Position numbers and translations under genes: made by a program. A stretch of DNA of 62,085 nucleotides, filler included, from Platydemus manokwari (lineage: Eukaryota): assembly GCA_037951405.1 (NCBI GenBank). It is 5 parts of 5 records of this genome, joined end to end, with 100 filler letters (N's around TTAATTAATTAA, not from the genome) between each part and the next. Parts side by side here need not be neighbours in the genome. Positions count along the whole stretch, not along the records: positions 41,241 to 51,225 come from JBBMOY011166657.1; positions 51,326 to 62,085 come from JBBMOY011107886.1; 3 more parts are not named here. One strand, written 5' to 3'. This document shows, in pieces, positions 44,681-52,707 of this stretch. The notes below the pieces were generated by a model. The model saw nothing but the letters and a program-made list of their open reading frames with translations, did not search any database and was not told the DNA's origin. Position 1 is the stretch's first letter. Each line of letters begins with the position of its first letter.

Positions 44681-44721
44681 TTATTTACAAAATTTTTATT
44701 TACAAAAATAATTTATTCTCA

Positions 44722-45097
44722 TCAAACAACAATCTCATTATTTATTCGTATTTTATTTATACAGTAATTGATTTTCCATTCAAAACAAAAATCACTATAG
44801 ACATTCCATATTATTCTATTTTCATAATGATTTCCATTAAATACTATTTCAGAACTTTTTAACTGGTATCTACACTTAACTATATATTCAATTTCTAGCC
44901 TATATTTACAATTAGTTGTTACTAAAAAAATTCCAATTTTAATCAAACATTTATCTATATACAGTCCTATTTTATACAGTAATTGACATGCATTAATCTC
45001 CCATGAGTGTGGATTGTCTTTACAATATTTTTTGTACACTTGGTGACCTATAGTCATTACAATCATTAGTAGTGCTAGATATTAATGCTCCTATCAT
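44722..45097 (-). pseudogene. Small secreted Cys-rich accessory protein with a frameshift in the signal peptide
   Basis: Removing 1 nt near 45079 gives MIGALILALLMIVMTIG-HQVYKKYCKDN..., a signal-peptide-like N-terminus followed by a domain with 7 Cys. Confidence 0.5.
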
Positions 45098-45116
45098 TAC
45101 AATGTTCAATGTTATT

Positions 45117-45320
45117 TAATTTTGGGGATTATATCTGTTTAAAAGGGTCAACTTAGTACTATTTGTTGTTTTAATAGTTTTTGTTGTTTTAGTAATGGTT
45201 CTAATCGTTGTTTTTCTTGTCACGGAAGGTTCTATAACTACCTGTTCTCTATGGATAATGATTTTGGGATTAATACTATAATAATAATAATACCAAAAAT
45301 GTATATTTATTGGTTTTCAT
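45117..45320 (-). pseudogene. Small hydrophobic-leader, Thr-rich (mucin-like) accessory ORF, frameshifted
   Basis: MKTNKYTFLVLLLL then, in a shifted frame, IHREQVVIEPSVTRKTTIRTITKTTKTIKTTNSTKLTLLNRYNPQN*. Confidence 0.4.
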
Positions 45321-45601
45321 ATGTTAACATTTTGTTGGATTTACCGACTGTAGAGCGCATCAATCCTTGTACTGATCTGACTCCAAAAATTAAAACAAAG
45401 TGGTTGATCACTAAGTTATATTTTCACAAATTTACATGATTTAAAAGTTGATTACACAAGGGCCTAACCCCTAATAAAGTTCTGTCAACAAAATACGGAC
45501 CAAGTACGTGCACCAAATTGAATTACCAGCCGAGGACTACTCCTGGCCTATACTACACCACCAGCGTGCGTAAAGTTACGGACGCTCAATACAATCACTC
45601 T

Positions 45602-47346
45602 TCAAACAATACCGATATTCGGGTAGCACTGAGCACGAATATCTCGATACAATTTATAATACTGATATTCGGGATTCACTATACACGAATATTTTATTAC
45701 CAGATACTTGCTACTTACAATATTCGGGACTGCTTCTTCCACGAATATTACTCCCACTAAAATAAAAAAATGTAACCTGTTGTTTTGTCCCTTGAAAAAT
45801 TCAGTTAAATATTCTTTCGCCCTGATATCTGTCTGTTCCTGTGGCTTCGTCTCTTCGTCTTCCGGAGTGAAGTATCTCTCTTCTTCTACCTCTGCGCGAG
45901 TATGCCACTCATAAATGATCTTGGACTCTGGATTGTCCAAATAAAGGCCTTTGGTATATTTCCATAGTTCTTCTTCATCCAGAATCTCTACAGAGTCTGG
46001 AGTGTCCCATAACATTTCTTCTTTGATGTCAATTTCCTCCAATTTAATCCTTTTACTAGTGGAAGGTTGACATTCTTCAGTTTCACTACTTGTGGATGGT
46101 CTGGGTTCTTCGTGGGTTCTCTGTGATAAGCTTTGAATCATCCCAGCATCCTTTTTCTTTGTTGGTTGCTCCCTTTTTTTCGATTGTTCTGCTTCTCTAT
46201 TTCCTTGGACGGGATTCTCACCTTGGTTTCTTCCTCGTCCTTTCTTTCCTCTCGGGTTTCCTTGGGCTCGAATCCCTAATGATCCGTCCACCTGGCTTCT
46301 ACGGCGAGGTAGATTTTCTTTATTATTTCCACTATGTAGCTTTTCTCATACTTCATAAATCTTCTCGGAAACTCGTAATTGATGTATTGGCCTGCTAATC
46401 TTTGGAGAGGGAATTTCTCATTACTCCTTTTGACGCCATCTTCTCCAAATACTGGCGTATTGGATAGTTCCCTTACTCCACATAGGTTTCCATTGGTGAC
46501 TCTCAGAGCTATTAGTCCTTCTAATACTCTGTGGCCGATAACTATTGTTCCTCTCAATAGTTTATTGACTTCCTCTTTAGCCAATAGTTCATCCCTTCTT
46601 CCTTGAACTGTTTCTTCGATTAGGCCATGTTGAGGCGTTCGGTAATCCAAAATCAGGGCTCTGGGGGTAATTACGTTGGAATACATCAATTCTCCTTGAT
46701 AATCTAAAATGTTAACAGCTATCGGAACTAGCCCACTGGCGAATTCCGGTTGTGCTAATGCCACATGGACAAATCGCACTCTTCTTTTAATATCCTTCTC
46801 CGTCATTCTCATTCGCAAAAAGAATCTGTGATTCTCAATTTGCAGGCAATCTTGGTTCAAATCCCCAAATTTTTCTTTAGATTGACGGGGTGCCTTTCCT
46901 CAATTGGGCTGGTTTTTATCAAATATGGTTAGAGATCACATTCCTTTTTTCTCGTGGACATTTCTAATAACTATCTTTTTGAGGTCCTCACTGAATCGTT
47001 CAATCTTCACCGTTGCGTAGGGTATTACTATGGTTTTCCATTCCATCTCCGGATTGGCAACTTCAATGACTGTGAGGACGTTATCAATTTCGATCTCCTC
47101 CTGATCCTCTATCAGCCCTTTTATTGGCAATTCGCCTTCCTGCGGTTCTGCTCTTAAGAACATTCTTCTATTTTCCACCGCTTTTTCCTTGAGGCAATTG
47201 GGTATATCTTGTACTATTGTAATATTGATCTGCCTCCAATGATTTACGTTCATAAAAGCTTCTATTCTGTCGTAGAAGATCCCGGCTTTTACCGTCTTCT
47301 TCAGCGACATTCCTTTTTTCCTTGACAAGGTAGGTTTGTGGCTCAT
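45602..47346 (-). pseudogene. Accessory ORF of about 580 codons: unknown N-terminal domain, ISG20/REXO4-like DEDDh exonuclease fold (catalytic residues absent), charged low-complexity tail
   Basis: ATG 47346 (MSHKPTL) is in frame through TGA 46936-46938, TGA 46900-46902 and TAG 46276-46278, then shifts frame at the A7 run (46174-46180) into the 229-aa ORF. Exonuclease-like segment: AVNILDYQGELMY..ITP..ILDYRTPQHGL..EEVNKLLRGTIVIGH..IYLAVEARW. Confidence 0.7.
45749..45759 (-). promoter_or_regulatory. Candidate polypurine tract (TAGTGGGAGTA) preceded by a T run
   Basis: TTTTTTTATTTTAGTGGGAGTAA-TATTCG resembles gypsy PPT/3'-LTR junctions. The canonical TG LTR start is absent. Confidence 0.3.
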
Positions 47347-47444
47347 TCTAAAATATAAACAATCATTAATACTAGTTAATACTTGTTTAGCAAAAACATT
47401 TAAACGATTGACTTTATACAGTAAATACACTATGTACTGTACTT

Positions 47445-48409
47445 TTAACACCGGGTATCCTGGGTTCTGCTGTTTTTGTTTAAAGTTATTGGTTGCTGAC
47501 GGTAGCTGATTATCACTCTTGATATTAACATCACTATCACTATCAGGATTACAATGATTATCATTGCAAATCCTATCATCATTAAATATTCCACGGATCT
47601 TAAAGATGCTTTGTCTTGTTTTAATTCGTTTCTTCTTTCGGGTCCGGTACCCACTCTCTTTAAATGAGTACCTGGAAGCCGAAAAACCGACTCCTTAGTT
47701 GTTTTCTTCCTCATTCTCTTCCAATTCCTTTGAGCAATCATGGCTTTCATACATCTCCTGAGTGACTGCCAGTCTCTGGTTGTCGTAGGTTTTATTGTCG
47801 TAGTCGTAGGTAATGGTGGTGGCATTTTCTGAATAGGTTTGAAATTAAATCCTGGTGCTATTATTTCTACTTCCTCGTATTGCTCGATCCAAAATTTAGC
47901 TGACTCTCTATTCCACCGATCATACCTTATATAAGCTTTTATGGGTCTCCTTTCTCCCAGTGTCATATCATATCTCCTATTTTACTCATCCAACGTAAGC
48001 GCAATATTCTCCATTTGAATATGTACTGAGTTATTTCTCTCTGGGTTCCAAATCCAGATTACGTTTTCTCTTGACACATGTATCTTTACTGGTGCGCGTT
48101 TGCACCTTTTCTGCACTCTGTATTTCTGTCTTGTTTTCCGCCTACGATCACTTTCACTTGAAACTACTGCTTCAAACCAGTAAACTCGTGACGATCTTAA
48201 ATTATTATATGAAACCTTATTCCTATATTTTCCAAGATATATTTCGGCTCTATTTCTTCCTCTTAATAATAAGGCCATTGACACCAGCGGATCACTGTCG
48301 CAATCGCAATGCGCGGTGATTCTTTGTGCTTCTATTCGGTCATTTTTGGGTTCTCTACATCCTTTTTCACTTCCGTAGTTAGTATCAATTCCAATATACA
48401 CAATGGCAT
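47445..48409 (-). pseudogene. Type I membrane protein (env-position ORF): signal peptide, Cys-containing FN3-like ectodomain, Pro/Thr stalk, TM helix, short tail
   Basis: The 145-aa and 173-aa ORFs are in frame across a single TAA (47982-47984). The leader MPLCILELILTTEVK sits in the integrase frame and joins by a -1 shift at GAAAAAG (48362-48368). Also VSYNNLRSSRVYWFEAVV (FN3-like), PPPLPTTTTIKPTTT, and TM LMMIGFAMIIIVILIVIVMLI. Confidence 0.65.
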
Positions 48410-49230
48410 CCAAAACCATTTGTGTAACTTCACTCCTTTTCCGGAAATTACTATTGCTACTGTTCTTGTCCTGGAACGTAGCGCATGTTGGCTTGGTTCT
48501 ACTTCTGTTACTTGTTTACATCTATTTGCATGGACTATCAATGGTCCAGCCGGTCCTTTTCTCTTTAATTGTAAATTAGTAGGCGTCACTTTCTCCACAG
48601 TGTACGGGCTTTTAAATGTTCCCTGCAATTTTGAAGAGAGTCCTTTTACCGGTTGAGGGGTATCTACTAATACCCGATCCACTACCTTGAACTGGTGAGG
48701 CTTCGCCTTTTTATCGTAAGCTTCCTTATAGCTCTCCTGACTATATTTGATTTGTAATCCGGCTCTCTTCCAAGCGGTTTGCATCCTCTCCTGCATTTCC
48801 GTCTTTTAATATTTTTCATCCATATACTGAGATGAAGGCTGAACATACTCCAAGTCTATGTGCATGTTATTATCCCTTAGATACATTAGATAAAACGGTG
48901 TCTCATTCGTAGTACTGTGCACCGTATTCCTATATGCATATAGGCACGATCCTATGTGCATGTCCCAATCTCTCTGATTTGTGCTCGTATAAGAGGCTAA
49001 CATATTTCTCAAAGTGTTATTGAATCTTTCTACCAGGCCATCTGTTTGAGTTCTATATGACGATGTATTCAACTTCATTACGTGGAATAATTTACAGATC
49101 TCCGCAATTATATTGCTCAGGAAATCCTTTCCTCTATCTGTCAGTATTTTCCTCGGTGCTCCATACCGGAACACTATTTCTTCCACGAATATCTGGGCAA
49201 TCGTTGCTGCCTTATGGTTTGGCATTGCAT
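48332..49230 (-). pseudogene. Ty3/gypsy integrase (core plus C-terminal GPY/F-SH3-like region), 5'-truncated, one in-frame stop
   Basis: RYGAPRKILTDRGKDF, SSYRTQTDGLVERFNNTL, AYRNTVHSTTNETPFYLMY and FKVVDRVLV..KLQGTFKSPYTV..IVHANRCK. The 139-aa and 154-aa ORFs are in frame across TAA 48806-48808. The zinc finger and first catalytic Asp are missing. Confidence 0.92.
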
Positions 49231-49231
49231 T

Positions 49232-49560
49232 GACAGTATTCGTATGATTCTTATAGCATTTTCAGTCAGGCTCACATGTTCAAGTATTGTGAACATCCGA
49301 TGTGAACGTTATCGATATTTTTCTTACTGTGTTCTTCTATAATGGCTCGAAGTAAAAAGTTGCTTTCGATACACCCGTCATTTGGACCTGGAATATTCTG
49401 GAGTGAGTGTATTAAGTTGTTTTCAACAACCCAATTCTTTAGTTGTTTGCACAGAATAGTTGTGAAAATTTTATAGCTGCAGTCTAACAGAACAATATGA
49501 CACCGGGAGCTTACTTTATGATAGTGGCCCTCTTTCATGGGTTTCGGTATCATCCATGTT
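49232..49560 (-). mobile_element. Non-LTR (NeSL/R2-like) reverse transcriptase fragment
   Basis: MIPK..SRCHIVLLDCSYKIFTTIL..LQ..DGCIESNFLLRAIIEE..NVHIG corresponds to LINE RT subdomains 1-3. Confidence 0.75.
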
Positions 49561-50351
49561 TAGCAAAATATTTGAATATTGATTTTCTTAAGTCCCTTAA
49601 TTTAATTTATTTTTCAATGCAATGATTTTTTGAATTCCCCAATTATTTTATTGATGTTGAAACGATTCTTCGCCATTTTTGAAACCTAAAATTTTGAAAA
49701 TTTTGCTTATAGTTATTTATGAAATTTTTTATATGAGATTTCAAATTAAAATAGCTAACATTCGTCTTTATGATCAATATCACATCTTACTTTTTTTTTG
49801 TTTTTTCACCTGTGTCGTGGAAATACTAAGGGTCATGCAATTATTTTTTAATTGTTACAAATACCTAAAGTATATTTGACAATGATATCCGTATTTATTG
49901 CGTATCTTGGTAAAATAGACAAGAGTTTCTGATCTGGTATTGCAGTAGAAGTGCCGGGACGAAATCCTTAATTATTTTTAACAGTTGCTAAGTTATTACT
50001 GCTGCATATGTATATTGATATATATCTGGATGTTTGTATTTGGTAAAAATCAGTGTCCTGATATACCAAAAGGTTGCTTTTCTAAAATTCTTTAATATTT
50101 AATACATTCGATTTAACTCGATCAGCTGGTAATGACTTAAAAGGGGCATGTTTAATTATTTTTTATCATCTTCGATAAGAAGTTATTCGATTATTTAAAT
50201 ATTATTTTACTAAATACTTTACTAGAAATGGGTCAGTAGAAATTAATCATAGAGTTATTTTATATAATTATATTATTTAATCAAATCAAATTCGAAATTT
50301 AGATCATTAACATTGTTTATAATATTGATTTTATATCATATTTCATATTTC

Positions 50352-50822
50352 ATGACTGAAAAACATCCACAAAAAATCAAGAAAGGTCAAGTTGATGAGT
50401 TGCGAGAAGTATTTTGCTTATTTGATAAAGACGGTGACGGTCAAATTACATTTACTGAATTGCGACATGCGTTACGAAGTTTCGAACACAACATGACTGA
50501 AGATCAAGTACAAGATTTAATGGTGACATTAGATCGAAACCGTAATGGTGTAATCGATTATGAAGAATTCGTTGATCTCATGAAACCCAGAAGTGGTGAT
50601 AAAGTCGTGATGGAATCTGATCTTAATGAAATGTATAAATTTTTTGACAAAGACAATAGTGGAGGTATTACGATACAGGATTTGCGATTAGTTCTAAAAA
50701 AGCTACACGTTAAATTATCTGATAATGAAATAATGGACATGATGAAAGAAGCTGACATTAATTGTGATGGACAGATTACTTTTGATGAATTTAAATACAT
50801 GATGATGAAGGAGAAACCTTAG
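50352..50822 (+). CDS. Calmodulin-like four-EF-hand protein, intronless, 156 aa
   Basis: EF loops DKDGDGQITFTE, DRNRNGVIDYEE, DKDNSGGITIQD and DINCDGQITFDE. First ATG at 50352; AATAAA near 50895. Too divergent to be canonical calmodulin. Confidence 0.92.
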   Translation: MTEKHPQKIKKGQVDELREVFCLFDKDGDGQITFTELRHALRSFEHNMTEDQVQDLMVTLDRNRNGVIDYEEFVDLMKPRSGDKVVMESDLNEMYKFFDKDNSGGITIQDLRLVLKKLHVKLSDNEIMDMMKEADINCDGQITFDEFKYMMMKEKP

Positions 50823-52707
50823 AAAAATATGAATATCTTGCATCCACTCTCATTTTGAAAATTTCAGAACACACTAACAATTATATTTTTTAAAAATAAA
50901 GAGAAGTGCCTTAAGAACTTTTTTTAATGATAATGTTATGAATTTAAGGCATTAAATATACGTCTTGTCCAAACTTTGAATGAATAATAAATAAGGTTTA
51001 TCAAGTGAAATTGCAAGATTACTATAATACATTCTATTTGTCTTTAGTCTCTTACCACTGTAAGATTTCGTGAGAAATGTTTTTATAAACGATTATTGAG
51101 AATAAGATTAAATTATATTACCATGTCTTTGGCTTGAATTAAGAAATAGAATCCTTTGACCTACTTTCCTAATAATGAATTTTCGCTTATGAGGCATTTT
51201 CATGACTTAATTTTATATATAAATGNNNNNNNNNNNNNNNNNNNNNNNNNNNNNNNNNNNNNNNNNNNNTTAATTAATTAANNNNNNNNNNNNNNNNNNN
51301 NNNNNNNNNNNNNNNNNNNNNNNNNAATCCCATTGTTTTTGTGAAACAATAACTCTATGATCGAAAAATTGGATTCGTTTTTGCCAAATATGAAATCAAA
51401 TCGTGATGAAATGTTGGATAAAATCAACAAAAATACTAACACGAAATTATGTTCATGTAATTAAATGTAAATTTATCCATTAAATTTCTCATTCATTCCA
51501 CAAATCAATCTGTTGGCGCCATGCCATTTCATCAATAATGCATATAATGAAGTTCCTATTAATAGATAAAAATCAAGTTTTTCTTCAACGTTTCCAGTGA
51601 AACTTACTGAATCTATTCTGTTTTTAGTCGATGAATAATTTACACCGTCAGCACTTGATGTTTCCAATGTTGCTGTTGAATGTAACTGGTTTTGATAAAG
51701 CTGTTTTTCATTTATCGATAAATATATGTAAGCATAAATTATCATTTCTTTCCATTTAACGAAAGAGAAACAACGGGAAATACGTTTTATTAAATTGATG
51801 ATTTGATGGGATAGGTCAGTGGTCTTCACACTGTTTGTGTTGCGATCCACTTTACGAGTCCAAATTTTTTCACGATCTTTATTTTGTCTTAATATAAGTC
51901 AGTGTCGAAAATGAAATCCCCCTCTTTTGAAATACACTGGGATAGAATATTGATCACATTAATTGATCATTTAATATTATTATTACGGATATCATTACTC
52001 AAATAAAAAAACGAAAACACAATTCAAAGTCTTAGTGGCCATTTCTGAACGCATCAAACACACATGGACATTGTTTTAAATTATTATTATAAATTTCCTA
52101 ACCGGTTATGTTTGGGAATAATTTCGTGTTACTTTATGGTTGGAATTTGAAATTGTTTCAGTCTTATCTGTTCCATTGAATCATTGATAACGGAATAATA
52201 ATAATAATATCATCTGATGTATCGGAATCTATCATGTTTCCATTAATTAATCGTGAGTGTTACTTGCACGATGATAATAGATATATCTACAGGTCATCTA
52301 ACTGATATGGCACCTAATATATTAAATTTGAGAGTTAATTGGGTTTACATTTAATCACTTAATGAAGTATTGTTGAAGGCATCACCAAACACCATTGATA
52401 ATGAATTCATTTTAATAGATTATCTTTTTATCATATTCATCTGTATTCAGTGGAATTTTCATGACATCACAAGACTTTGACTAGTAGTATATACTTCTCA
52501 TGTCTTTATTAAAGTGTTCGTTATGAAAAGATTTNNNNNNNNNNNNNNNNNNNNNNNNNNNNNNNNNNNNNNNNNNNNNNNNNNNNNNNNNNNNNNNNNN
52601 NNNNNNNNNNNNNNNNNNNNNNNNNNNNNNNNNNNNNNNNNNNNNNNNNNNNNNNNNNNNNNNNCAAATTCATGTTTAAAAAGTGAAAAATCAAAATAAT
52701 AAATTAC

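Larger units (their letters stand above)
41655..49230 (-). mobile_element. Degenerate, 5'-truncated Ty3/gypsy LTR-type element with a cluster of accessory ORFs
   Basis: Integrase followed by densely packed co-oriented ORFs. The 45.5-49.2 kb part is visibly GC-richer than its flanks. Candidate PPT and PBS-like motifs are present. The left boundary is uncertain. Confidence 0.7.

Noticed and set aside
47973-47978. Shine-Dalgarno-like AGGAGA before ATG 47966, suggesting a bacterial or phage operon
   Set aside because: The two ORFs are in frame across one stop, so the motif is coding sequence (R-R). The context is a eukaryotic gypsy integrase.
45518-48656. Plus-strand ORFs within the retroelement
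   Set aside because: Antisense shadows of the minus-strand ORFs.
41655-49230. Alternative genetic code or stop readthrough in the element
   Set aside because: All three stop types occur together with frameshifts and truncation, so pseudogenisation is the simpler explanation.
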